Of a stretch of DNA of 64,000 nt, positions 1 to 13,916 are shown piece after piece (the first letter of the stretch is position 1; each line of letters begins with the position of its first letter). The notes beneath the pieces are model-generated. The model saw only the letters and a list, made by a program, of their open reading frames with translations, was not told the DNA's origin and made no database searches. The translations under genes and the position numbers were made by a program. This stretch comes from Octopus sinensis (Eukaryota). The DNA lies in assembly GCF_006345805.1 (NCBI RefSeq), contig NC_042998.1, positions 36,828,001 through 36,892,000 of the forward strand, written 5' to 3'.

Positions 1-434
1 TGCTTCCGGTGCGAATGGTTTTGTTATACTGCGCCGTATTTTACAATCCTGTAAATAATAATAATTGCATTCTCATACAAGTTTAAAGCTTTTGGCGATC
101 ACCGTGTAATGACTAAGGAAATTAGTCTATTAAAGGGGCATATAAGACCTCCACAGAAAAAGAAGGCATTCCTCTTCGCGTGGGATATATGCATAATGGT
201 ATATATATATATGTATACATTCATAAATATATATAATCATATACATATACATGTTCGTGTGTATATATATTATGTGAAATAGAAAGATGAATAATCTTGT
301 AGTAGATTAATCAAAGACACAATATGGTCCCATTATTCAATCGGATTTTGGTAATTTGTGCCTTTCGAAACACGTGTAGAATGATATAAAACGATTTCTG
401 TTCAATCTGCGTTCAGCTCCATTTCTTCAATTCA

Positions 435-484
<50 letters not shown>

Positions 485-1246
485 TTCATTAATTTATATA
501 CTCATTTGTATACATACATATATTCATAAATATATATACTCATATACATATATATATGTTTGTGTGCGTGTGCGTGCATATGCGTATGCGTGTGTGTGTG
601 TGTATAAGCAAAATCATTGAACACTGAATAGAATTTAAATGTTTATATTTATTCCCAAATAAAATATTGCAATATATTTCGGTTGTAGGAATTATGTTTG
701 AAGTTATGATATATACACTCGTTCCGTATGTAACACCCATCCACTGACGCACACACACACACACTAACATACACACAAATATATATATACGCATATATAC
801 GCATATAGTCAGACATGTTTGTATCCTTAACGAGATTAAACTTGGAGGTAACACAATATCAGTTATTAATTATTCTTATTCATCAAATGATAAATATGGT
901 GATGAAAAAAAAGATATTTTTTCATCAATATTTCGAATTAATAACGTGAGTGCCATGAAATACCTGTCTTAACCAAATTGTTACAAGCACTTCATTCGCT
1001 CTGTGTGTGTGTGCGTGCGTGTGTGTGTGTGTGCGCGTGCGTTTGTGTGCGTGCGTGTTTCATTTTTTTGTTCACATTACCAATTTTTTTCTCTCGTGAA
1101 TTGAATCATAAATTCGTCCATCTTTGAAAAGCAGATAATGCCTCAATTTATGGCTACGAATAAATGAACTCATTGACGCGGAGAAATGTTTTATTCCTTT
1201 TCAAAAATGAAAGCAAATATATAAAAAAAAAACAGAAACGGCGTCA

Positions 1247-1400
1247 ATCTAAAATATGATTTCAATGATTGGTTCCTCATTCTATAAAGAACCGTATTAT
1301 ATAAACAGATACTTGTAATCTATCAGTTTTTTAATTCTGTTAACAAATTTATTTTCTTTTTATTAAACAAATTTAATTTGTTTATGGAAAATGTTAGAAA
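1247..1400 (+). mobile_element. Short degenerate LINE RT fragment, diverged inverted copy of 4140-4295
   Basis: ATCTAAAATATGATTTCAATGATTGGTTC...TATATAAACAGATA matches the reverse complement of 4140-4295 with scattered mismatches. Confidence 0.5.
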
Positions 1401-3239
1401 CTGACGTCTTCCTGTAAAAACAGAAGATTAAAACCTAAATAAAATCCTGCCAGATCAATGCCATGAATAAAAATGCAAATTTCAATGAAGCTTGTTAATG
1501 ACTAAGTTCTTTCCATTTTGTGAAGTAGCTGCAATGAACAACGTGAATTGGTGAAACAACGCGATTATAAAAGCCCATGAAATGATATGGACAAGTATAT
1601 GAAGAAATGAAAAGCCATAAAGCTGCGAAGGTTATTTATTCATAGGTATGCGCATCATATCTAATTAGAACGTTGAATTACAAAGTGACATCGCTTATAT
1701 GCACAATAAACGCATGTCCTAACGTATATATATATATTATATGAGCACCAGTGGTTACCAAATTCGCTTTGCAACAGTATCGTTTCGGTTTCGCTTCCAT
1801 TGCGTATCGACTTAGGAAGTGTCCTGCAATATGACCCTCGACGCCGGTTGGTTAACGCTTTCTGATTTGAGTTCTATTTAGTGTTTGTAAGCCTCTCTTT
1901 CTATTTCTCAATGTGTGTGTGCATGTGTATGTGTGTATGTGTGTATGTGTGAGTAGGCTGCGTGCTTTGCATTTATATATAGGATGTTGTTAAATGTAAA
2001 TGAATTCGGGTGTGTTAATTTTACCTGTAAATTGTTTCATTTAACACTTTCATAATTAGGGGATCGATGAATGAAGTACCAGGTTACAAGCAACCGCTGA
2101 TATAAACAATTGACTAAAATACTTCATCCATGTCGCACAGCGAAACGACAACAGCTGAAACACTGAAGAAAAGTGAATATCTATTTTTTTGGTCCTATTT
2201 TACTAGGTCGGTAGTTTTGTGAAGCGTTGATGACCAAACACAAAAGATCCGACCAAACACAAACACACACACACACACAAAAACACACTGTTGCTCATAA
2301 ACTCTTACAAATATGCATGAACGTATGCGTATACGTGTGCGTGTGAGTATGTGTTTTCGATGAACTTACGAGTGAGCTTCTTAACTGTATGTGCAGTTAC
2401 CAGCGTCTTTGAACATTTCAATTCTCTATGTCAACGGTTAAGTCTTTTTTGTTTTTCATTTTATTACTACCGTTTGATGAAGCTATATTATATTACATGT
2501 CTCAGTTCTACCGGTGCAGTTCCTTGAAAGGGAAAAGTTTTTAAGACAATAAATATGATTAGGTAATTGTTTATCATTAATAAATATTTAGGGTCACACG
2601 GGCTCATCTTTGGTCCAACGAATCGACACCACTACTTACTTTTTTAATTCCTGGTGCTTATTCTGCTAGTCCAACAGGGGACACAAACACACCAAAACCG
2701 GTTGTCAAGGAGTAGCAAGGGACAAACAAACAAAAAGGACTTAACCTCAACCACACAGCCACGCCTATAAACATACGTATACATGCATACATACATAAAT
2801 ACATACATACATATGTATATATATATATATATAATTTAAATATAGGATAAAAAATCTTATAAGAATTGATCAAATAGTTAGCTTGAAAAAACCCCATGAG
2901 GAAAAAAATTAATTATTCCTTATAAATATATTTATTATTAAGGGCATTACTATACATAAATGCCTCACGCTAAGAGGGACTCTTAAAGTCAAAACTACTA
3001 TAATAACCACAATGTACCGAACGTGGGGGAATTCAACTCTCGAAGCGAGCCTCCTAAAACCAGACTCAATTGCAATAGTGCACATACGCATACATATAGA
3101 CATTTATATTCACACACTACAACAAACACACACATTTATTTACAGGTGCGTGATTTCGTGCTTGTTACCAGGAATGCTTGACAATCAATGCTGGTTTATT
3201 TATGTCCCTATAACGTATATATTTGACAAGGAAGTGCAA

Positions 3240-5720
3240 TAGCGTAAGTAAAAAGATTTGAGAGATAAATACCAGGCCGAAACTCTTCAAAACTAAACTC
3301 TTCAAAATAGGGCTGCATGGTAGCCACAGTTCGACCGAAACAAATAAAGGATCATGCACATTTCTACTCTGCCTTAGTAACACAAACTTTAGCATTCTGT
3401 AGATGATATTCTTCGCTGTGGTATTTCCATTCTGTTTAATGTTCAACGCTCTTCTCTGTCAGATGTCTGATTGCTGTCATTGCTTTTATCTTCCTTTTCG
3501 ATTCCTGTTTAATGTCTGCTATTGCTTAATCTATCTTCATTTTCCAGACAGCTTTAGCTCCTCACACCACGGCGGCCTAAAAGGAGTTCATTTTTTTTCG
3601 TGCTCATAATTCCTGCTACACCTTATTCCATTTTCCCACTAGACTTGAGCTTCAATTAAGAATTTTTGAGTAGAATATTCAGTATATGACCCTTTTATAT
3701 TGCTTCTGTCTGGTTTGGGAAAGTTTCTAATTTTATTAGTCTGTCTCTCTCTTCCTAGATTCAACAAATAATGTCATAATAACTGATTTGATAATCCGTA
3801 CGGAATGCATTTTCCGAAAATACATTCCAAAATGTACAAAATCCGAAACTTCATGAAATCCCTGAAATCAATGTTATGTTCATATCCCCTAAGTAAGTTA
3901 TATTTGTAGTCGTACATATCTGATTATTGATATTTTTATCCCAGGTTCGATATTTATCAAATATTTTATTCATTTTTCATTTTGCTCAACTTGTTAAAAC
4001 TTTCATAAAATGCATACTTTTGTAACAAATGGAAACATGGAGAAATATCGGCGTCTTCTTTAGTTCCATTTGGAACATAAAAGTGATCAGAATATTAACC
4101 ATCAACAACTACAGTAGCTTTTATTATTTCAGCTCTAGAGAGAAATGGCAATTTAAAAATTTCCATAAATAAATTAAATTTGCTTAATAAAAAAGAAGCA
4201 AATTGGAAAACAGAATTTGATAGATTAGAAATATCTGTTTATATAATAATGTTCATTATAGAAAGAAGAACCAATCATTGAAATCATATTTTAGATGGAC
4301 CATTTTTTAAATGATATAATGTTGTTTTTAATCTGATCTAGAATACTAACTTCGAAGAAAACATTACATAAGATACAGTACACTTTGGTTAGATCTGGTA
4401 ATAGAACGTGGTGTTCCAGAGCATGTTTCTCTCAAGCATCTCTTTATACAATAGTCATATCGACTGCCCAAGGTCGAGCTTGAAAGCACTTTTGAAATTC
4501 AGGAAGCCAGTTGGGTCTGTATTGAATGCATTCAAAATATCGTGTGAAGAGATTATTTAATAAATGTGGGATTACGCCATGACTGTCGCACATCGATGTA
4601 TGCTTTTACTATGGCATATATGAAAAGTGACATAACTTTGTATTGTTTGAGGCCGTACTAGAATCCAAGATCATGTAAAAAATTTTGTGAACACTCAAAA
4701 ATTTACCTGCGTAAAATTTGTAAATCTCTGAGGTCATTATATGTGAAACATTCCTTGCCGATTGGACGTTTATGTAACAACACTTTAACCTCAACAACTG
4801 TTTGATCCATGACACTGTCCTTAGATGGAGGCTCTTGAAGAAGGGACTTAATTATTTCATAATCAAGAACAGCTTTGTTAGTTCTTTTATAGACCATTGT
4901 AATTCTAAGCACACTTTAAAGATCGTTCTGATATTTGTGCATCTGTAGTAAACCATTCATCGATGAATAGCTTTCAGATTTTCACAAAAGACTTTCAGAT
5001 AACATGTGTCCACTGTTTCTGGATTTTCTGTTACATTATTGCACGGCCAGACTTTAGTAATCTCAAACTGGCCAACACAAGGTGTTTGGCAAAATCTTTA
5101 GAGAAAGACACAATGTGAACAATGCACAGCTTGTGTGATTTATGTACAACGCTCAGTAAAAGAATCATACAGACGATCGCGTATGGTTTTATATAAGGTT
5201 TCTATATCATCATCTGTAAACGATTTTTAGATGTTATTAATAGTCTCCCATATTTCTTCCTCAAATTGCACATTCACCACATCTATGTTAAGATTTTCTC
5301 ATCAGTGTCTTTCATATTTCGAATTTATTGTTTCTAAGAAAATCTGGAAATGTGTGCTTCCCACCCGACTATTAGATCAGCTGTGATTGTACACAATTAT
5401 GGCATCGAATGTATTTCAGACTTCCTGTTGAACTACAAAGGAGTTGCATGCATATTATTTGGTAGAGAGACCGCGATATTTTTAAATATTTTTGTTGAAA
5501 ACTCGAGTTAACTTAGGATTTTAATATGTCTACTTCTGCTTTCACGTCTATTATTTGGCAGTCGTTGAAGAGAAGTTAAGTTCATTCGTGCTTTCGACAC
5601 AGTGTGATATTCCATTCTCGCTGAGTCGTAAACAATTCTTCTCCCAAAGCTATCTCGGATTTCTGCTCGTTCAGTTATGGATAATTTGAACATGTGCCAC
5701 GCTGTGATGGATTATGTGTT
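3240..5720 (-). mobile_element. Highly degenerate L1/Tx1-type non-LTR retrotransposon ORF2 (end of APE endonuclease through RT)
   Basis: Broken minus-strand frames: NNRRESRSRH (~5530, like SRID), EVKVLLHKRPIGK, HDILNAFNTDPTGF (~4505-4545, like IIHPDQTGF), KATVVVDG*YSDHFYVPNGTKEDADISPCF (~4035-4125, like VNG..S..F....GVRQG.PLSP). Many stops and frameshifts. Confidence 0.5.
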
Positions 5721-5754
5721 ACGAGTGGTACTCGCACGACATAGCAGAATGTGT

Positions 5755-5831
5755 ATACATGCATACGTACATACATACCTACATACACACATACATACAT
5801 ACGTACGAACGTACATACATACATACATACA

Positions 5832-5863
<32 letters not shown>

Positions 5864-5919
5864 CATACATACTTACGTACATGCATACATACAGATTTAT
5901 TTATATATACATACACAAA

Positions 5920-5957
<38 letters not shown>

Positions 5958-6030
5958 GATATACATGTATATGTGAGTGAATATATCTAGCGTATGTAAA
6001 CATATATGTATATATATATATATATACCAT

Positions 6031-6071
<41 letters not shown>

Positions 6072-6083
6072 CACACAGATATA

Positions 6084-6144
<61 letters not shown>

Positions 6145-6175
6145 CATGTATATATACATAAATACATACGCACAC
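5755..6175. repeat. Compound microsatellite (TACA)n/(TA)n/(CA)n
   Basis: Directly visible; source of the overlapping YIYI/HTYI ORFs. Confidence 0.95.
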
Positions 6176-6704
6176 AGAGTATGGGAAAGAAAAGTATAAA
6201 TAGATAAAATAGATAAAAAAACTAAACATGGATAAACCCGTATATTTCGCTTTATATAATTTATCGCCTAATATTCATATTTTCTCTGACAACGCTTGTA
6301 ATCTCTACATACCTTCGACAAATGTCTTCAAAGATTTTTACTATGGAACTTAAGAGGAATTATATTTCAGTCGACAAAGTTCTATGGAAGAAAATTGATG
6401 AGCAATGAATAAAAATGTTCATCGGAGCAGGTGATCCATACCCTGCGTGCACACAAGGATAAAATATAACTTGATTCAATAAATATATTCTCAGTTGAAT
6501 TCATATTTAAACAAAGTGACACCAAGAGTTTATGATATGCCTATCGTTTAAGCATATATGACAAAGAAAAAATTGTTTGATTCACCTGTCCGCCAGTTTT
6601 GAGGATAATCAAACCAAGATTTAAAGCAGTCAGTCCAGTTATCCAATGAGCATTTCTGCCGAATATGGTGAAAATCCGAATCCGATTAGACGTATGGACA
6701 TAAG

Positions 6705-7639
6705 GCAGATGGTTACCAAGCGGTGAAATGATGAAGGCAGTTCAATCTCAATCCAGCTTTAGATATCATGGAATCATTGAGGCAAATGGAACCAAACACC
6801 ACTACATGAAAGGCAAGACAAAAAGGGAGTTCCTGCGGCGAGTAAGAAAATATTGGCTTCAAAACTGAATACCAGAAACATGATTTCGACAATACACTCG
6901 CGCCCAGTCACGGTAGTTCGGTATGGCGCTGGAATCCTGAGGTGGAGAAAGAAGCAGCTAAAGGAGATGGACAAGAAGGCAAGAAAGCTCCTAACGATGC
7001 TTGGAGCCCATTATGCACGCGCAGACTCGGCTCGCCTATACCTGAAGAGTGCAAATGGAGGAAGGGGACTGATAGGTGTGGAAGACTTCGTACGTATCGA
7101 ACCCGAGAGCTTCATGAGATACCTAGACCAAAGTAAGGAAACTTTGCTAGTGACAGTGAGGAACGAATATTGAGAGGAAAGGAAAAAAGGAAAACAAAGG
7201 AAGCAGTACAAAAAGGACATGCAGATTACGCAAAAAGGGACAACACAATGAATTCCATGAAGCCCCAACCGAAGTTGCTATAAAAAATAGGTGGGATTGG
7301 CTGATGAAAGGAACCCTTAAAATATATTGGCAGCGCAAGACCCAGCTTTGGGCACTAACGGGGGATTCAACCATAGGAATGAACAAGTGTCTCCGCTGTG
7401 CTGCATCTGCAATAGAGTGGATGAAACCATTGCCCATATCGCCAACGAATGCCCTAGACTTGCCCAAAATAACTACAAGCTGTGGCGACTCGAAGAGATA
7501 TCGAAAGTGCTACATAGGAAACTGTGCGAAAAGGGGGGGTCTAGAGAGAGGCGCGACGTGTTATGAGCGCAATCCGCAGAGAAGGGCCGGGTCGGAGACT
7601 AGCAAAATCCTCTGGGATTTCCCAGTTCAAACAGACAGA
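6705..7639 (+). mobile_element. R4/Dong-clade (restriction-like endonuclease) non-LTR retrotransposon fragment: RT thumb, CCHC zinc finger, start of RLE
   Basis: FRYHGIIEANGTKH..KREFLRRVRK, VVRYGAGILRWRKKQLKEMDKKARKLLTM, LYLKSANGGRGLIGVED, AAQDPAL, CCICNRVDETIAHIANEC, KILWDFPVQTDR; frameshifted and truncated at both ends. Confidence 0.85.
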
Positions 7640-7650
7640 CAGACAGACAG

Positions 7651-7711
<61 letters not shown>

Positions 7712-7733
7712 CACACACCACACACACACATAT

Positions 7734-7775
<42 letters not shown>

Positions 7776-8138
7776 ATATACATATGCATATATTTAACAA
7801 CAACTTATTCATAAACAAACGTAATTTTGGTTTTTTAGAAGCATCGAATGTGTATCATATTACACAGATAAGAGAGTAATATTTGGATCGCAGCATCGCC
7901 ATGCAAAACAGCAGAAAATTGGATATTATCGCTCTTGCAAGCCGTGAACAAGTTGCCAACAAACAGCCACGGGACTCAAATCCGCATCCCAGAGAGCGGC
8001 TGAATACTTTACCATTAATCTAAACTGTCTGCTGACAACAATTTGCATCAGCTTTAGGCGCTAAATATATAGCTTTTTTAGAAATGCAACAATAACACAC
8101 ATATATATATATATATAACAACAACGAGTGACTGTGTA

Positions 8139-8300
8139 GGCGCCGGCGTGGCTTTGTGGTTAAGAAGTTTGCTTTCGATCTACATGGTTCTGGGTTCAGT
8201 CCCACTGCGAGGCACCTTGGGCAAGTGTCTTCTATAGCCTCAGGCCGACTAAAGCCTTATGAGTGAACTTGGTAAACGGAAATTGATAGAAGCCCGTCGT
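8139..8300 (+). mobile_element. tRNA-derived SINE
   Basis: A-box-like TGGCTTTGTGG, B-box-like GGTTCAGTCCC, body ...GGCAAGTGTCTTCTATAGCC...GAAGCCCGTCG shared with copies at 20760, 49785, 50871 and 56265. Confidence 0.8.
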
Positions 8301-8326
8301 ATATATATATATTAATATATATATAT

Positions 8327-8358
<32 letters not shown>

Positions 8359-8362
8359 AATG

Positions 8363-9133
8363 TATATATAAACTGAGAATGTGTGTATGTGTATGTGTGT
8401 CTGTCTGTCTGTTTCCCTAAAACTTGAGAACTACACAACCAATTTTATACAAATTTTACACATGCCTTACTTAGGGTCCGGGGAGTGTCATCTGCAAAAA
8501 GAAATTTTAACTTCTTGCCCACAGCAATATCATATCTTCTCCACTACGATTCCCTAAACCTCGAGAACTACACAACCAATTTTATTCAAATTTTAGACAT
8601 GCTTTACTTAGGGTCAATGTAGTTTCATGGGCAAAAAAATGTTCAACTTCTCGCCTAGGGCGAGCCCATAGCAATATCATATCTTCTATTTCAGTATTAC
8701 ATGTTAAAAGTGAAACAAAAACATTTCTCTATTTTATGTCAGATAACAATAAAAATAATAATAACAATTTAATTATATGTATTAAGTAATAATTAAAATC
8801 AAACTAAACTATAATATAATCGTAACATAACAAAAGTAAAAATAGCAATTGGTATAAAATTGCATCAAGCATTTGAACTTGAATAAGTGGTTTCACATGA
8901 ATGGGAATAAATTAAAAATAAAATTAGCGTGCGGAAATGGAATAGTCCTACAATTCCAGTTTGTTATATATTTTCAGTATTGTTATCACTAGCGATATCA
9001 AAATATAACTTTGTATTTTGTATTTTACGTGTAGATGTATATATATAGATGTATATGTAATATGTACACATATATATACACATATATACATGCACTAGCA
9101 CTATGACCCGGCAAAGACGGGTCATAATGCTAG
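8363..9133 (+). mobile_element. Non-autonomous Helitron-like element with internal 137-bp tandem duplication
   Basis: 5' TATATAAA..(GT/GTCT)n tract; duplicated 8415-8550/8551-8687; 3' 17-bp hairpin 9094-9134 ending CTAG followed by T. Confidence 0.55.
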
Positions 9134-9449
9134 TATATATATATATAAACAAACTGATATTTGTTATTTAGGAGTGTCGAATGTGTATCATACAAAGTGT
9201 TTGTTTGTTGACAATTTTTTCCCCGTCATACAACGGTAATAATACTCAATTTTCTGCTGCTTTCGCGTCTATACAGAGTTCGAAATATTACTTTATATAT
9301 GAACTTGTCTGAGTGTATGAGTGAGTGTGTGTGTGTGTGTGTGTGTGAGTGTGTGAGTGGCTGGGTGGATGTATGTTTGCGAGTAAGCAAAAACTGACGA
9401 TCAATCTTAAAAACAAATACCTATCAACGCCTACAATACCATGACGTTA

Positions 9450-11300
9450 CGTGTTACAAGACGCTGATTTTGTCACTAACCAAACAGATATACCAGGAAA
9501 TCGACATTCGTAATAGTCTGTAAGAGGGGCAGTGTGGTGGCAGAAGAGGCGTGTGTATAGCTGCAAAACCATTCTTGTGATAAACAGTCTGGCTCACTGC
9601 AATAGAGATTATCTTAGTCGCAAAGAAGAACGAAACTGCCAACCACCAAAATATGAAAAGACAGTAAAATCCATAACTGTAATAACATCGCGGATGATTA
9701 ATGTTTACCTGGAATATAAAATTAAATACCCGCAGAAGCCAAGGACCTTATGACTGTAAAATCAATTACTGATCAATAAAGACTTAAAATGATAGGAGAA
9801 TTATAGTTCTGATGATGACGTTGATTAATGAGCAGAACCTTTTCAACAAACTGGCTCACCGTTGTCTCCTAACAACATTTGCTAAAGTAAGACAGCGCCA
9901 GTTATAATTAGGTTTATAAAACGACGTATTAAAAGACAAACATTTCTGCAGCTACAGATATAGATCAAATTATAAAAAATTAGTCTTTTACTCTACTAGA
10001 AGAAGAATATTTTGTGGAACTTCCTTCTCTCAATTGTTGCCGGTAGGTTATATCGAATCAGGCAGTCATATAAAAGATTTTATGCAAGTTCATGCTATCG
10101 TGTTTTATTTATCAATGCCCTCAACTTGCGTATTACAGATCAACAGAAACTTGAAACTCTGTTACAAGGATTCATTAGCGGAAGTAATATAAACTCAGAT
10201 TTGATGGAAATCATCAAGTCACATTGTTAATGGGAAGATCATTAACTATGTCTCTACCATATCATATAAAAGGGAATTGTACTAAAGAGAGATTTGTGTT
10301 TTACTTAGAAATTGGTAGACCATATACAGTGTATGTGACGCGAATGACATCTAGGGTTAGGAATGATTATCACAAACGCATTAGATTAATATATTTGTGG
10401 CACAGACAAACGAACACCTAACGTAATAGACATTGAGGTTTTAATTTATAGCTTGTAATATTCCTAACATGATGCGAAGGTGATTAGGAAGACTAGATAA
10501 AGCGAAATGAAACATAATCTCTACATCTAAACTCGATTTTGATTATATTTGCTACGAATGTATCGCGCATCTACGACATGATTATAAATTGCAAGTTTAT
10601 GACTACAAAATTTATCTAACCCATAGTATAAAGAAAACACCCAATCTCAGAAAGATATCTTACGTGAGAACACTAGGATACATAAAATTAGCCAAAGAGT
10701 ACAAAAGCTAACAACACAAATGGTGGAGATTCTGGATATGGTAAAAGAACTTGAAAGAAATTGAATTATAGCTATTATATTCTCAACTGGACACTAAGTG
10801 AAATAGTAAAGCTTGACAATTTATTCTTGGAATAAGAATATGAAAGTTCAAATAATGAAAAAAAGCTTAGTTTTGGCATCACCAAATACAAGGAATAAAG
10901 AGACAAGCTTAAGAGAAGGTACCAATTGAAACGACGAAACAAATCAGAGAGCAAAGAGGGCAAAGTAAAACAAGGTGTTATTGGGAGGTGAAATAAGTAG
11001 AAAAGTGTTGGTTATTTCAAATAATTTTAATGTTTGGTTTTTCTACAAAAGAGTCAAGGGTTCCAAGAATAGCACAAGTTTACAATATTACTGAAGCGTT
11101 TGGAGGAGACCAGCATGGAAAACACATATATGATAATAGCAACAGTTCTTAACTAATCACAATTCTTTCGATGCAAGGGCAATAATTCTTACCTTCGGAT
11201 AATCATCTAATGCCTTATAGAATCGTGTACTTATCACAGTTCGAACACCACTGGTAGAATGAATTATGAAAATGGTACTAGTTGTCAGAAATCATGCCAG
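9450..11300 (+). mobile_element. Highly degenerate L1/Tx1-type RT remnant
   Basis: FVTNQTDIPGNRH (~9465, like DQTGFIPGR), FQQTGSPLSP (9841-9870, like QG.PLSP), GRSLTMSLPY (~10235); riddled with stops. The 3' limit is approximate. Confidence 0.4.
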
Positions 11301-11382
11301 TGAATGAGGTGTACGACAAGATCTGATTCGAAAATTACTATTTTAAACCTCACAACTGAGATATTCAGCAACAATACTGTGT

Positions 11383-11750
11383 AGTAAAGATTATTTGCTA
11401 ACATAACATGGCAGTCCTGGTTTAGGACGAATATTGCTGTAATTTAGCCTCACGAGACATGTCTCCAGCTGGCTATACGACACATGTGTCCTTATATTTT
11501 CGAACAAGGGAATCTAGCACCCCCACTCAGTTCAAAACAATATCTGTGCTGATGAAGGGAAATTACCTGGAAATCGCGATACACAGATATTGTTTTGAGC
11601 TGAATGGGGGTACTACATTCCCTTGTTTGAAAATATAAGGACACAGATTGTGTCATATAGCCAGCTGGAGACGATGTTCTTGGGGTCAAATTACAGCAAC
11701 ATTCGTCTTAAGCCAGGACTGCCATGTCATATTGGCAAACAATCTTTACT
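11383..11750. repeat. Fold-back element: ~166-bp imperfect inverted arms around a 33-nt spacer
   Basis: 11383-11548 is the diverged reverse complement of 11582-11750. Confidence 0.9.
11543..11587 (+). ncRNA. Type I hammerhead ribozyme candidate forming the apex of the fold-back
   Basis: TCTGTG-CTGATGA-AGG GAAATTA CCT-G-GAAA-TCGCGA-T-A-CACAGA; palindromic helix III (ATCGCGAT); one extra G before GAAA. Confidence 0.65.
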
Positions 11751-13129
11751 CCAACATTCCGATTATTTAAAATGTAGTGGAACAAATTTGACCGGTCGAT
11801 ATTTACGTGAACCAAAACATCCAACAGAGTTTTGAAAAGAAGAACAACAGAGGTAAATTTCGGTTGCTTGAAAACGAAGACACCTCTAAGCATTTGTTGA
11901 AGTGTTTAGACAGCAAAAGCAACATTATGGAGATTAGAAACTGCTTAAGTGTCCACTCAGAGAAATTATATTACCAACTGACTTAGGAATTCTGCGTAAG
12001 TGAGATATAGGAACATTATATCGAGCAGAAAGAAAAAAAAACTGAAATAGCATGATGAGATGAATCGGAGACAGGATTATTGGAAAACAAGTGAAGCAAA
12101 TCTACTTTATTATTAAAAGATGTCTGTAACACTGGAAGACGAGGGACACTAGATTTTCTATTATCCATTACTGTCTATATACATTTTACAAATGCCCCGA
12201 CATTCTGTCTTCTGAGAAGTAATACACGATTGGTTTTGGTCCATTTATTAAGATGCTGCAGTGTCCTTTATTCTGTTGGCAAACATGAAAATGAATCCAC
12301 CTTGTACATGAATTCTTTTCAAAATTTTAGATATTGAATACCGGTCAGGTATTTTATCCCACAGCTACTTTCTTTTCTACTCTAATATTTTGGAATGATA
12401 TGAATAATAATGTTAATGAAGAAATAGGAACATATATCGAGCAATTTTCCCAGGATATTATTAAAATTTTATGAAAAAAGCAACAATTTTTACCTATTAT
12501 AATAAAAAAAAAATGAACTGCAAAGTTGCACTTCCTTCCATTATTCTATGTCATTAATTTTTATACGATTTTAAAATTAATCAAATATGTTTTTCGTTTA
12601 TCGATTCTGATTAATTCCTTCATGACTAATTATGAATGCGGCGTCAATTCGTGCTAATATTTAATGATCTTTGACGCATTAAATGTAAATTAGTAATAAA
12701 CAATGTTCTGGTGATTTTATATACCTGATATTCTTACAGTTTTCGAAATATAATTAAAAAAAATTATATAATGATTTATCTTAAATAAATCTTGCTTTGT
12801 GAATTCAAATTCAGGTTTCATGTACTACCATGTAAACAAATAATTAACACTTCGTACAGTAAGACAGATATTTTGTTTCGAATAATATAGCTTGTTACAC
12901 TTAATGTGAATATGTATACTTGAGACATTCATTTAAATCACATATATCCCACCGCTCCACACATACATACATACATCATACATACAGACACACAAGGTGT
13001 TCGTGTTAAATTCGACAGTTTGCATAAAAGTAAAGTAAACACAATATGCCATTCAGAAATAAAAGTAGTTTTAATAAATTCAAAAATATCGAATAAAATA
13101 TGGCTTGAAGTTAACAGTTTACACAAAGA

Positions 13130-13810
13130 AGCCGCCCTAGGCTTCCGCCACGGCTTCGAGATGATTCGTAAACTGTGAATGTATTCTTCACTGTGTCTGT
13201 GGGGAGAACTTCAAACACCAGCTTGTTCTTAGTAGCTTTGTCTGGATATTGCAGGTAGTGCGGTGGGTGTCTTTCTCAACTACTTTCATATAATAATCAA
13301 TCGGATTACAATCAGGGAAATTAGGAGGCCAGAAATCTTGGTTGATGAACTTGTCGTAATTCGCCGATAAACACTTCTGGCTTTTTACTGAGGTGTAGCA
13401 AAGGTTTCAATCCTGTTGTCACACACATGACATTCCAGTAGCAACCCTCTCCAAACAGGATCGACTACAATCTCAAGCAGCTGAATTGAGCCTAAGAATC
13501 TGTCCTATAGTTGTCAGACGAATTATAGCATATCGACGGAAAGAGAGGGTCTGCTGTGTCCTTTCCTGCAGGCTATGATTTCATAGTCTCTGTGGCCGCA
13601 ATCCATGTCATGTTTTACAACCTTCACAATATTCACAGATCATTGAGCATCAGTCATTTCGATGCCCGGGATGAATCGTCGTGATACAAGTAATTCTTTC
13701 TCAATATTAAGATTGCTTCTTATCGTCAAAGTCGGCCAAGGTTTTCTCAACTTCAGGTTTCCTCTTTTATGCTCTCCAACGCCGTTGACTGTTTGACAAT
13801 ACTTTAAGGT
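13130..13810 (-). mobile_element. Degenerate Tc1/mariner-superfamily transposase remnant
   Basis: Minus strand KFINQDFWPPNFPDCNPIDYY...HLEAVAEA*GG resembles the WPP.SPD.NP.DY and C-terminal LEAV..A.GG motifs. Confidence 0.7.
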
Positions 13811-13916
13811 GTTCCTGAAAAAGGAGACATAAAATTATGTCGTTAAATTTAGCACGAACACACACACACACACAGAGGCAGACCCACACACACATACACA
13901 TTTATATACACAAACA

